Source of the DNA: Ramazzottius varieornatus
Taxonomy: Eukaryota > Animalia > Tardigrada
Length of the DNA stretch: 64,000 bases
Assembly: GCA_001949185.1 (NCBI GenBank)
Contig: BDGG01000005.1
Span: forward strand, 2,097,249-2,161,248
Reading direction: 5' to 3'
The notes below the pieces were generated by a model. The model searched no databases. It saw nothing but the letters and a program-made list of their open reading frames with translations, and had not been told where the DNA came from. Shown here piece after piece: positions 1-12,189 of the stretch. Made by a program: the position numbers and the translations under genes. Each line of letters starts with the position of its first letter. The stretch's first letter is position 1.

Positions 1-338
1 GAGCCGTCTTTGTTCTCGGTCGAGGTCGAAGCGAATGAGTGGCTCGGCCGGAGGAAGTGGGGAAGGTACGTCGAAATTCTTGGTCACTTCCGGTTCGGCA
101 ACTGTCTTCTTTACCTGCAACCATTTTTCTACACCAAATACTGAAAAGCAGAAATCTGCAATGTAAAGAATCCAACAAAACGGTGGACTATGAAGGGGGA
201 AGTTTTGCATACGTGGAGGAATGCCTGTCGGACTTCGGAAGAGACCGCTGCAAGAAGTCCTTCAACCGTACGGGGTGCCGTCATGGTCTGGGCTGGCTCC
301 GTCATATCGACCAGGGCGTGGTCCTGCTTGATATCCAT
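1..338 (-). CDS. Partial spliced gene of unknown function, running off the left edge
   Basis: Minus-strand exon MDIKQDHALVDMTEPAQ...AFLH, then a GTATGC donor (~212) and a TTGCAG acceptor (~115), then an open exon VKKTVAEPEVTKNFDVPSPLPPAEPLIRFDLDREQRRL. No family recognised and the 5' end is uncertain. Confidence 0.35.
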
Positions 339-904
339 TTCCTCAACGGTCCAAAACGATCAAGCTGTTACCCGTCAATACCGCAGTGCAAAATTAGAAC
401 AAGTTAGGAAGCAGGATGTTTGCTCATCAGGACCGACTGTTTCCATAGCTCTTCGCTCAATTCGGCCAAAATACCCACAAAACAAGCAAGCTGCTAAAGA
501 CGACAGCGACCTCCGCATCAAGAGCCTCCGCTCGGTAGGATTTGTAGTGATGTCATGCTGGTACCCCAACCTGCCGCCCATGCACTGACACCAGTACTGC
601 CAAGAATCGGTATTCGGTGAATTAGTCAATTTTCCCACCCTTCCTGTAAAGCAAGAAGAACGCCTCTGTCGTATTGAATAGGCAAAATACACATGTTGTG
701 ACACCTTTGATAGCGATCGACAGATGCAAAGTCCAACGAACGTATGCGGATGCACTGAAACTCAGAAAAGCAGCAAAAGGTTTCCTGGTGTTACCCTATC
801 TGTTTCCAAATCCCCATAATTTCAACATCATTGTTATTATCAAAGATATATTCGCCTTGGACGCTGTTTACAAACGTCATTTGTACCTTGTGCAATCTGT
901 CAAA

Positions 905-2027
905 ATGAGGACGTACCTTTTGCTCGTTGCTCTAGCGGTGGCGGTTAGTTGGGTGTCTTTCATGAGTCTGTACTGTACCTAGTAAAACTATGATGTTGGG
1001 CTTTGTAGGCAGGAGCAGCTCGGGAACGTAGTTGGGAGCGAACCCGCGGAAGTCAAGACGATGATTTCGGCGTTTCCGACCGTCAGCGTTCAAGGCTCAA
1101 TCCTCTTACGGCAAGTGAAAACCCATCAACCAACTATATACGGATAAAAACAGAAATCTTACGATTAAACAATGATGGAGGAATAAAAAGCAACGGAGCC
1201 AGCTGCGATGTGTTCGGCACGTGCGACCCGGTAAGGGGCTCGACCTATTCTAATTCAACTGAATGTTCACGTTTACCTTCTGGCAAAATCCTGTCTACAG
1301 GTCTGCTACGCGAACTTGGACACGTAAGCTACTCGGCGAAGAGACTTGTAACTGAGACTCAGGCATCCAAACACAGCAAGAACGTTCCAAGTGGCGCACG
1401 TTTACGGTCATTAACACTGGAAACGTGCGCCACTGAAACAATAAACTGTTGAGTTTGATTGTCTTGCTCCGGGCACGCAGTTGTTTTTGGAATGCCACAG
1501 TTGGTGGGTTCTTCCAGAGAGCGTCCAAATGCTGACTGGCCGGGTGCGAAGCCAGACACGACATGGATGACCGTCTTCGGAGTCGATGATAACAACAGCC
1601 CTATAATCAACGTCGCCATACACAAAGACATCTGCGGAGCTGCGTATCACGTGAGAAAATTCACCTTCCTCACCGCGAGCTACATGGTAGGAAGTCCTGT
1701 CGTTGTAGGAAGCTAATCTTCGGGTCAAGTGTATGGACAGGGATCCCGCCACGAAAGATGACCTGATTAACGAGTTCGACTGCCCCATCAACAGACTTCC
1801 ATCGAGGACTGAAAGCGCCAAAGACTGGTCGCCCATCACGAACTGTCTTCCCAGACATGTACCGGACAAAATGGGGTATGAACGTTGAAACTATCTTAAG
1901 GCTTGTACTTACTTGTCGTGGCATCTTTCGCGGCCCTTATTTATGATTGTTGCTTCTTAGTCTGACTTTCCGCTACCAAGTCTACCGGATCCCGAAGAGC
2001 GAATGTAATGCCACCCTGGCTCGCTGA
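905..2027 (+). CDS. Secreted stand-alone C2/MNNL-like domain protein, paralog 1 (6 exons)
   Basis: Signal peptide MRTYLLLVALAVA/AGA. GT-AG splicing gives ...IRIKTEILRLNNDGGIKSNGASCDVFGTCDP-VCYANLDT-ERPNADWPG...KDICGAAYH-EANLRVKCMDRDPATKDDLINEFDCPINR...WSPITNCLP...-LTFRYQVYRIPKSECNATLAR*. Aligns by eye with four paralogs in this window. Confidence 0.8.
1368..1457. mobile_element. Hairpin MITE family H, copy 1 (intron of C2 paralog 1)
   Basis: ccaagtggcgcacgttt-loop-aaacgtgcgccact core. Confidence 0.75.
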
Positions 2028-2211
2028 ACGATTGCCTGTCAAGAAAATAGCGCTTGCCGATAATGTTCACATTTCCAGAACTTCGTTACTATTCTGTAAT
2101 ATCTGTACGGTTCGCATGTACCCTGTGTGGGATGGACAGTGTTTCGCCGTTGTATAGTCCTGCCGTTGTATAGTCCAGCCCTGTAAGGAAAAAACGACCG
2201 ACAACCCCGGT

Positions 2212-2403
2212 CAGTACACGCACGACGGGAAATCATGGGGCCAGTGAAAATTATGGTACAGGCCTTTTCGCTACGGCGGTACGGATGCACGTACGTACGC
2301 GACTGATTCACAGCAATACACTTTTGAACATTTTCCTACGTTTGAATTTCAGTTTTGTCGTCTTTTCCGCCTGGCCCCATAATTTCCCGTCGTGCGTGTA
2401 CTG
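2212..2403. mobile_element. MITE with ~33-bp TIRs (CAGTAC... ends, Tc1/mariner-like)
   Basis: cagtacacgcacgacgggaaatcatggggccag at 2212 and its near-perfect inverse ctggccccataatttcccgtcgtgcgtgtactg ending at 2403. TA follows the right end only. Confidence 0.7.
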
Positions 2404-2869
2404 TAGTTTCAGTGTCACACACTCGACAGACTTCCTTGTACAGTACCATAAGCTACGGTGGACGAGCGAATCACCGGGCAAATCCACCGAGCTTATTCGT
2501 TTGAGTAATTCTGTATGAAAACATCACGTACCAGCATCCGTTTGCTGGGAGATGTTCGAGATAGGGAAGGACCTTCGACCTTCCCAGGAACCGTAAACAC
2601 ATGTGCGCGTGGCGAACACATTCTGCATTGACAGTTCATCTCCTTACAACAAATACAACCTGTTGATCCCTAAAATACATTGATCAGCGCAATTTCTTCT
2701 GATAAGGTTATCAACTTCACTGAAGCTGTGAGATCTCCTTCGCAAAAAATCTTCGAGACAAGTGGAGAAATACGGACCATCTTCAGTGAATTCCACCTGT
2801 TGCCCCGCCCATGACGTCAACCGGAAGTAGCGTTAAACTTGAGTAATCAACCAGTCCTCCGGTTATGCA

Positions 2870-4033
2870 ATGTTTTTCCAAATTTTCCTCCCATCTGCCA
2901 TTCTTCTCTGGATGTCGGACGTAGACCACTGCTCCGCACTTCAAGTAGGTAAGGATGAACGTGAAAGTATGTAACGCTTCTAAAGAATTACCGTACTGTA
3001 GGTGTTGAGCTCACCTGACTGTTGCAATGCTGGTCGTACTTGATATTCCAGGGTAAAAAATCCAGCGGTTCGTCCACTCCTGTTCCGGTCCAGTCAGTAC
3101 AATACATCATCCAAGGAGTAAACGAGCATACGGTCTCGAATAAGTCTGCAGGAACCAACGACGGAGATGGTCTTCTTGACATATGGGACAAAGATACTCG
3201 CTCGTCGATTCGTGTGGAGGCCGAGATAGTCCAGCTCACGAACGATGAGGGGATTCTGGCTGACGGCTCCAGATGTGATATCTTCCGCAACCCGTGTGAT
3301 CCAGCTTGTTACGCGGACTTTGATCTGTAAGAATTAACGTCAAGGTTCTTTCGAATCCTCTCCGAATCTTTTGCGAAATAATTTTGTCCCTTCGGTGCAC
3401 CATGCATCGTTCGTGTGGCGATTTCATGGCAAGCCATTCGGCCTGGTTTTGAGCGCCAGTCTATTGTGAGTGCCGCCCTTACTTTATTCTTCCTGTATTC
3501 AAGATTGGCTCCAACCGCGGCGTTCCCTGGAGGAACTACCAAGTTCACGAAGCTCAAACAGCTGAATGACTACAACTCTCCGGTATTAGATGCCACAATT
3601 GACCGAACTTTCTGCTCGAAATTATACAAGGTATTTGAGGGAGGTGGCTGTTTAAGTCTTGGGCAGTGAGCCACACCATCGGTAAACTCGCGCGTTTTTT
3701 AGGAAGCTAGTTTAAGAGTATACTGTGAGGACGTGGATGCAGCTTCTGACGTGGACCTCATTAACCGATGGAACTGTCCAATCAACCGTCCACTGAAAAG
3801 TAATGAAAAGTTCGCCGAATGGACACAGCCTGCGGACTGTCTTCCGCAGTTTCAAGCAGGGAGAATGAGGTGAGTTTTAAAGTCGTTGTGTCTGTCAACA
3901 TTTCCATCCAAACTGCAATTGCAGCCCAAAGACCTTATTGGACTTCTTCTACAGGTTGACATACAGATACAAGATCTATTATACCAGAGATCGAGAAGTC
4001 AACTGCAGAGCAACCGCTCGGGACGAGGTTTGA
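2870..4033 (+). CDS. Secreted stand-alone C2/MNNL-like domain protein, paralog 2 (5 exons)
   Basis: Signal-like MFFQIFLPSAILLWMSDVDHCSA, then ...IRVEAEIVQLTNDEGILADGSRCDIFRNPCDPACYADFDL-LAPTAAFPG...RTFCSKLYK-EASLRVYCEDVDAASDVDLINRWNCPINR...WTQPADCLP...-LTYRYKIYYTRDREVNC...*. Introns in the domain fall at positions shared with paralogs 1 and 3. Confidence 0.8.
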
Positions 4034-4606
4034 ATGGAGATAAGGCTGTTCTAAGAACTTAAAAGCCATAAAACGATCTTGTATAGAGTTTAATGCTCGG
4101 TGGTGGTTTTGGTGATGACTTCCCGATCAAGTTTCCCGTCCGCTGAAAATTTTTCAGAGGGACGTGCCATTAGACGTTTGAGTAGCATTGTGAAAAACAG
4201 TACCATCGTCAAGCTGTGTTGCCGATTCAGCAAGTCTGAACCGGAAAAACACAGCCATGCTCAAATAAAGGCTTGTCTTGGCTCAAGATGGATGATCCTT
4301 TCCGCCTGCGGCCCATGGCGGCAATTTTTCCCGCATGTTATCATACTTTCATTGGTCACAAGTGTTGTGAACACCTGACTGAGCCTCAGCAATATCAAGC
4401 CATATCCTTAATTTACGTCACCACTTCATCTCAGCTTCCTCAACAAGAGAAGGTGAATCATTGTACTTTACCAGAAAGAAACCACCGCTGGTCGGCAGTT
4501 TTCTCTTTGCACTGCTGCCGTTATAAAGAAAACAACAGCAGCTGCTCTCACCGGCAGTTGATGCTTCTTCGAGTCTTTTTTCATCTACACTAAATCGCAA
4601 ATCAAC

Positions 4607-5980
4607 ATGCATTCGATAGCTGTGTTTCCCATTCTTTTGGTAAGTGTCTTATCGGAGCGCATATCTGTTCTTCCCGATGTCTCATGGCAGCGATCTCCTT
4701 CCGCCTCCAGTGATAGGGAGTCCAGTGGAGTGATTCGTGAAAACAACATCAGACCGTCCTCCATCAGTCGTGACAACTCTTTCAACTCGGGTTCGCGCAG
4801 TTCTTCAAGCTCGAGCTTTGGGTTCGATGAGGACCGCACATCAGGCGGCAGTCGTTTGGGTGGTCCCGGAAGTTCCGGATCCAGAAACAGCCTGAGCGAT
4901 TCCGACAGGTTCCCCATCACCGGCAACCTCCGCCCGGGCTCTTCGATCTCCAGCTCGGGCTCTGCTGACTCAAGGTTTGGGTCCAGTGGATCGTCTGGTT
5001 CTCGACCAGTGTCTGCATTTGGCAGTTCGTCCTTCAATACTCCGGACCCGACGAGAGGACAGTACGTCCGGATTGTAGCGTCGCTGGTGGCATTCGAGAA
5101 CGCAAGAGGCACCACGTCGACGGGAAGCTCGTGTAGCACTTTTGGCCACTGTGATCCTCTCGTCTTCGCTAATCTTGACACGTGAGAAATTATCTATTTG
5201 CAACTAGCCTTCAGCGCAGTTTTGAACCCGAGAAAAAGAAGAAATTTTTGAAGCTCCATTCTTTGTCCGCTGCTAGTTTATCCTGAAGAATTTGGGAGAT
5301 AGCTGCTGATTGAGCTACGCCGATCGAAAGGGGGTGTTGCGATTTACCACCTGTTCACAGTGTGTCTATTCCTCTTTTTCAGAGAACGGCCGAATGCAGC
5401 TTGGCCCGGGTCGCTGGATACCAAGTTTTGGCCTCAAGTCTTTGCAGCCAAGAGCCAAGATTCCTTCAAGATGAATTTGGAAAACATCACAAAGGATGTC
5501 TGCGGACAGAACTACCGAGTAAGCTGAATTGGAACTATTAATATGTTTTTCAGCAAGCGCTTTAGTATGGCTGTCTGACGGGAGCCCGTTTTTGCTGCGA
5601 GCCTCCGGGTGTATTCACAATTGCATCCTGTTTCAGGAAGCTAATCTTCGAGTTCACATCGAAGACAAGAAAGCTCTGCTGTCCAATGCAGTCATCAACG
5701 ACTTTGACTGTGTGATCAACCGTGACCCACAGGAAAGTGCGGCAGCTGCGACGTGGTCCCCCACACGGGAGTGCATACCTCGATTTGCTTCCCCAAAGCA
5801 CACGTAAGCTCAATGTTTATAGAATCTTGACTCTCTTGTAGTGCTAACACGAAGAGTGAATCAAACACTGTGTTTTTGGACAGGCTAACCTACCGATACA
5901 AGGTACACTACGTCCCTCGAATTTCCTGCGGGCTTTCACGCAGCACCACGACGACGACGCCCAGATCTCTTTTCGGCTGA
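4607..5980 (+). CDS. Secreted stand-alone C2/MNNL-like domain protein, paralog 3, with a Ser/Arg/Gly-rich N-terminal linker
   Basis: Hydrophobic N-terminus and a ~120-aa Ser-rich linker, then YVRIVASLVAFENARGTTSTGSSCSTFGHCDPLVFANLDT-ERPNAAWPG...KDVCGQNYR-EANLRVHIEDKKALLSNAVINDFDCVINR...WSPTRECIP-LTYRYKVHYVPRISC...*. Confidence 0.8.
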
Positions 5981-6337
5981 AAAACATGACACTTTTGACC
6001 TTTGTCTAGATGCATCTATTCCAATCATAAAGCTAACTTGGAAGAAACAATGTTTTATGAACGGTGGTAGTGCGATGGATTATTTCTTAAAGCAATAAAG
6101 GTAATATTATTCAGCAGTTCTTGCCATTTGAGTACTCCCGCTAAAATGACTGCGATCCCCGCTGGTGAAGGTCGTTTATCCACCGAACTCTCGATAGTGG
6201 CAGCCCCTGAAAACAACCGTTCATTGCTATTTAGAAGAAGAAGGAGGTGCGAACGTGCGTTCTGGGCCGGGTTTCCAGATTGTTTAAATGGGGAAGCTGA
6301 AACTTTCATCACACTGTACATAAACAAGGCAAAAAGA

Positions 6338-6354
6338 CGCTCCTGGGTGGATTC

Positions 6355-6394
<40 letters not shown>

Positions 6395-6411
6395 AGTTGC
6401 GCCACAAGAGC
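6338..6411 (-). tRNA. tRNA-Asn (GTT)
   Basis: Reverse complement GCTCTTGTGGCGCAACTGGTTAGCGCGTTCGGCTGTTAACCGAAAGGTTGGTGGTTCGAATCCACCCAGGAGCG folds as a cloverleaf with A and B boxes. An oligo-T terminator lies at 6331-6335. Confidence 0.97.
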
Positions 6412-7362
6412 GAGCTTGCAAATTAATTGATGTGATCGCTATGTGTTGAACTCATCAACCGCGATCAGTCATCTCCACGCACCTGGGACTTCCGACAAGC
6501 GCCAAATTTCAAACTCTCCCTGCGCGTACAGATACTTGGCAGCCTGTTGAAATCAACGGAAAGTCTCACTCGAATACGCAGTTTACGGCTGGTTACCGAA
6601 TGCCCCTAATTCGACCAGCTATATTAAATAGCCATTATGATCGATCGGAGTCACGCACAGCCCTACCTAAAGCAAAGTGGTCGCCTGCAAAAAGCGCCAT
6701 TTTGTTCCCTGCATAGCGCGATTCATTGGGCTCTTTTGACTGCCATGCATGCACTGGACTCACAGTAAACACCAAACAGTCCCGCGGAAAGATCGATAAG
6801 AGGAATGGGAGCTGCTCTCCGGCCTCTCTAGCAATCTCTGTACATCCACTCACTGTACCCGGAGGTCCTTCTGTCTTCCTGGTGGCGCATGCACTGGGGA
6901 AGATACCACCAACAGGATCGACTGTCCCCACATCTTATTCGTATCGATCGTATTAGCGCTTGTTTGCTCTCCAGGACTTGTCGTTTCTAGGCCGGCCGAG
7001 GCTCAACGGAAGAAGATCCAACCACTGGAACACGTGCAAAGAGGGTAAGCATATATCATTCGCATCACACTCCTACCGCACAGTGCGACTGGACTGTCAA
7101 ACGACGCAGCCTCATCCCTTTTAATCTGGTCCTAACGGCAAATTGCCCAGATCCCCTCGGAATATCCTTGGCGTCTTCGAACTTCCAATCTGGTTTGTTC
7201 GTCCTCTGGTTAGAAAACAGGTACGCGGAGCTCTTTGGAAACCTTCTCGAAGTGTGAAGCAGATTTCGTCTGTTGAAGAACCTTAGTCTTGCTTGGGAAT
7301 ACTGTTCGTGGAATATTCTCAATCGCCGAGTATTTGCAGGCTGTTTCAGCAACTCCGAAAAC

Positions 7363-9637
7363 ATGGCAGAACATCTCGTCCTCAAATTACTCGTTTACTT
7401 ATTCAACTGCATCCTATTCGTGAGTAATTTCAAAAAATAGGAAATTACTGAAATATTTACCATTGTCATGACTGAATCTGGAAACAATGTTAGGCTTGAG
7501 TATTCTTCGAAGTTTGAATTTGATTTTCACGCGTGTCCGCCCACAAATGCGCGGAATTTTGTCCCGCAATATTTTTGATACAAGTGGCCGGAACTCTGTC
7601 TTGTTGATCTACGATTGCCATCCCATAATAATATTTTTGACGTTTGATGGTTAATGGAAGAGCTAAAGCGCCGTAGCTGAGCCAGGATGCTCCGAACTGA
7701 ATTTCATTGTGAATTTACGGAGGCTACTCCCAACATGGCCCAAATTAACGTCGTTGACTGAATAATAATCGATGCTGCATAACATCAGGCGTCAGCAAAA
7801 CGTACTACTAAATTATCGATTTGTGTCAAAGTTCATTCATGCATGTTATTTTTTCTAGCTGTGTGGACTTGCCCTTGTCGTCGGAGGATCAATGGTCCAG
7901 GTAAACTGGCCTACAAATTCCACAACAGCTCTCCCGTTATATTTTTCTTGATAATATTACTGTAGTGAACTTTGACTTGAAACCCAGATTTTTTTCTGTC
8001 TAACTTGTAGATACAATGGAAGGACTTCCTCAACAGTGTGGATTCGAAGATCTTTATAGCTCCGATCTTGCTGATCGTGGCCGGTGTCATTATGATATGC
8101 ATCGCCATATTCGGATGCTTCGGTACCCGGAAAAGTCTGCCTTGGACCCTGATCGTGGTAAGCCAATGTTGATTCTCTTTTTGCGTGTTACGCCTGATCA
8201 TGTCTCCTATGTGCATTCCAAAATTTAGTTCGCCATACTACTGGCTATTGTGTTCCTTCTCGAAATTGCCGGAAGTATCGCCGCTTACTTCGAGCGGTCC
8301 ACCGTAAGTTCGGACAGTTCTGTCGATATTGTATTTCGGTCTTTGTCCAAATAATTTTCGTGGTAAACAAGAACTGTATTACCTCTAAGATTTCGCGCAG
8401 TCACGTGACAGGCCAGTAAATATTGCGTGGCGGGGATAAAAAACTTCACTGGCATCAATCAAAATTTCCTGGCCAATAAAGCGCAGCAATGTGCCACAAT
8501 CAAACAATCAGTGATATAGGGCCCCGGGTGTAATCCACTGATCTGTCACGTGACTGCGCGAAACCTTAGAGGTAATACAGAATATCATGACTAATGAGAA
8601 TAACTAGCAAAGCTCTTCGTACCGATTGTGTGGAATATCGACGTATTTTCTTTTCAGGTGAAGGGCTTCATCGAACAGGTATGCTGCACGAATCAATTCT
8701 CTCACAACCCCACCGGCGTTCTCTGAAACTCAATTGGCGTGTCTTCTGACCTTCGTATTGATCGACGAAATATTGTTTTCCTTCCATTTGACGGTTGATT
8801 TTTTGCAGCGGATGACGAATTCCTTTGCGGCCATTAAGGCAGGAAACTCAACGGGACAGTTGGACAAGGCTTTATGGGATCGGCTTCAGGACCAGGTACG
8901 CCCACAACAGTAGGCAAAGAAGGTCGGGAACCTTGCCGACATTTACTTACATTTGTTTACTTATGTAGTTGCATTGCTGCGGAGTACGAAATTACAATGA
9001 CTGGCTGAGCAACAATCTGAAAATACCGGATTCATGCTGCAGGGACAAGTCGCGACCCAACTGCGCAGAGTTGTCCGCCGATACCAAAAGAGTATGCGAC
9101 AGACCGGATAATGTTGATATCTGTCCTATCTTCACAAAGGTACCGACAATGTGAAGCACCAATCTCCGCTCGCCCAAACGGGAGCCCAGCAAACAAATTC
9201 AACAACATCTTTTTCCAAGTGGTGCACGCTTTTAGCCATTAAAACTGACGGCGTGCGCCACTTTGGCAAACTCAACAAGCATGGCGCACACTTTCAGGGT
9301 TGTGGGCCTAGAACGTCCGCCACTTGGTAAAACCATCTGGTCGAATTTGTTTGCCAGGATCGCAACTGCCGCTTAAGGTTGTTCTCAGCGAGTAAAACTT
9401 TACATTCGCTCTTAGGGATGCCTGGACACGGCCGAAGACTACGCCAAAGATAACATCGGCACGGTTGGCGGGATTGGTTTCGGAATCGCAGCCTTCCAGG
9501 TTAGTTTGGGCTTCCACGGAACAAGTCGGTCTTTTGTTGTGTTGGTTGTAATCGGTGCTTCTGACATACTGTAGGTACTTGGTGTGGTTCTTGCGGCATG
9601 TCTGGCGCGAAAGATTAGAGAGGACTCTGAGCTCTGA
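7363..9637 (+). CDS. Tetraspanin (CD63-like), multi-exon
   Basis: TM1 MAEHLVLKLLVYLFNCILF, further TM exons (LLIVAGVIMICIAIFGCFG; FAILLAIVFLLEIAGSIAAY), a large loop with CCG (LHCCGVRNYNDW) and PDSCC, and TM4 ending VLAACLARKIREDSEL*. Confidence 0.92.
8374..8580. mobile_element. MITE with ~38-bp TIRs in a tetraspanin intron
   Basis: ctgtattacctctaagatttcgcgcagtcacgtgacag ... ctgtcacgtgactgcgcgaaaccttagaggtaatacag, one mismatch. Confidence 0.8.
9190..9353. mobile_element. Hairpin MITE family H, double copy (tetraspanin intron)
   Basis: Two gtggcgcac...gcgccactt cores inside shared outer arms. Confidence 0.75.
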
Positions 9638-10221
9638 ACCATAAGCACAGCCTTTCTAAAGCGTTAAAGACCCTCAAGAGGAAGCTCATCACAGAAACTC
9701 TCGACAGTGTTTGCGTACCTAATGTTTGGTCCCTCTTGCAGTCACAATTGCTCCAGTTTCTATAAGTACTCTTTATACATGTTATTCATGTGGCCAAACA
9801 CAAGGAGCACATGAGCTGCGGGAGGTCCCCTCTCAATGCTCTTCGACAGATTATTGGTGCGTCGAAAATTGGTTAATACAGCGTGTAGTCCATTTTTGTA
9901 AAATCGATACTGGAGATTAATTTGGTTTGTTCAATGTCGTACGTGCATTTATTACGCTGTGACCATCCTTCACCGTTAAAATTACTCTAAACAAAATTCC
10001 AAAATTAATAGACATAACGCAAGCGACTTCAGCGTTTGATGTCGTGGGACTCCATCATTGCAGCTGAAGAAGGCTCATCACTTTTAACGAGAACAAAGCG
10101 GTAGAACGTACCGTATAAAGCGAAAGCAGAAAAAATAAAGCTATAAAAATAGGAGATATGCAAACGAAGTCTGAACAACGATGCGAACAGAGAGAAACAA
10201 GGGGAAACGTTGAGGGGAAAA

Positions 10222-11715
10222 TCATGGCGCATATGGGCAGCCTTCGTCACCAGAGCCATCTGTCGACGGCGAGTCAACCGGCCTTAAGATATCGATCGGC
10301 ACGTACCCGCGCTTGCCGTTGCCGCGCTCGACGTAGATCCACTGATCGGGGTCTTCACTTTGGTCAGGGTTCTCCTCGAACACTTGAACAATCTCGTTCA
10401 TCTTGACCGACAGCTCGCTCTTGCGTCTGCCTTTATAGTCATAGCCTACTGTCGCTATGATTATAACATCATCCCCCACAGTTCCAGCAGGATCCGGTGC
10501 GGTATCGCCCAGTCCCATCGTAGTGGCTCGTGGAGTTTCAACCGGTGTTCTCAGCGTGGTCAAGTACCTACACTTGAAACAGCGTCAGACATCGAAGCTT
10601 TTGAAGCTTTAAAATGAAAAATGGCAACACAGAAACATGTGACAGCTTACTCATCGAGAATTGTCTTGTGCCTTGCAAGAATGGCCATGGTATCTCGGTA
10701 GTGATCCGTTTGGGCGGAAACGAGCTCGGCAAGAGCTTTTGTGTGCTCTTTCTTCGATTTGTCGCTCTTTCTTAAAATGATTTTTGTGATTTCGGTCTGT
10801 CGATCGAACTCAACTTGAGCAAGCCGTACAGCTGCTTCCATCTGCACAAATCAGTACAGCCTATCCAAGGAGCGGTAACGAATGAAAGAACCAAACAGTT
10901 TGGACGTACCGTAGCAAACTGCTTGTCGGTCTTGGTACGTTTTAAGCGAGTCTTCGCCGAGTCGAGCTCTAGCCGTCGGTTAAGAAGTTCCTTCTTCTCT
11001 TTTTGCGCAATTGCTAGATCCTGCCGAAGGAACTTGCGCATGGGGTGAAGGAAGTCATCAGCCACTCTGCTAATGAACCTCAGCTGTTCGTTCCCCATTT
11101 CAAGCTCGCACTGACCGACTAGCATCAACGTTTTCCCTACGAAGACCCTCCATCACATACTGTCCTCATAAACCATCCAGCCACGAAACTGATTTGAAAT
11201 AAAATTCGGCGAACCTGTACACACCGAGAGCCGACTTCTCGCCCACACCTTTGACGCAACCGATTAAACTCTTTCCCAGGAGCAGTTGAGGGTTGAATCT
11301 TTCTCCAAGCTTGGAACGTTTGGAAGTATCGTAAAGATAGGCTTCTTCGCTTTGCTCTAATAGAAAAGATGCTTTGAGACCATAGATCCTAACTTCACTC
11401 TGACCAGACGGATAACTTACCTCTGAATGGTTTGAAAACTCTCTCTACACTCTTGACAATCACAGTGGTCCGCTCTTCGGTGGCGTCCAGCTCGCTCATC
11501 ATCTTGAGAAGTTGATCGTCGATCTGGGTCGTATCCTTCACATGTCCCACCTTCTCCTCTGTTCTCTACGATGCGAAAAGGGAGTGGATTACGCGAATAA
11601 ACTCGCGACGAAATAGCTGGAACTTCAACCGCTGAGGTTACGAAGCGTGACATACCTGGACACCTCGAGAGATACATTCGGAAACAGTTTTCACCAGTCG
11701 CTTTGCGCCTTCCAT
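10222..11715 (-). CDS. SH3GLB: Endophilin B-like (N-BAR plus SH3)
   Basis: N-terminus ...ISRGVQ-RTEEKVG, BAR helices (KELLNRRLELDSAKTRLK; AQVEFDRQTEITK) and a C-terminal SH3 (YDYKGRRKSELSV...WIYVERGNGKRGYVP). Confidence 0.85.
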
Positions 11716-12189
11716 CCATGAAAGTCCACGGAGTCTGTACCAGCCACTTTAAAACTCCAAGCCCAATACGTTCGAAACGCGACCGAAAATGAGTGTGGGT
11801 ATCAGGGACTGACAATTCGATGCGCCGTAGTTCCTCGTCAGTTCCGACACTTCTGGGAAGATTTGGATAACATTCTCATTCCGAGCGCGGGCAAACAATG
11901 GCAAAATCAAATGGGCGCGCACTTTGATAAGTTACGATTGTCGATATTCGCACTGGGATATCCAGTAAAAATATACCAAGTCTGAAGGTGGGTCAAGATT
12001 TTACCCACTGGTCAACAAAGCAATCTTCGCGCCAATTAGGAAAAAAGCTGTTTCAAATGACATTGCTAAGAAACTTCCCAAAGGAACAGTCCAGAATCAT
12101 TCGAGTCCGGTAATGCAGTTATCAACGATTTGAGCTCTATTACTGCTAAAAAACGGTCAGCTTTCGGAAAAATAACAACAAGCAAAACA

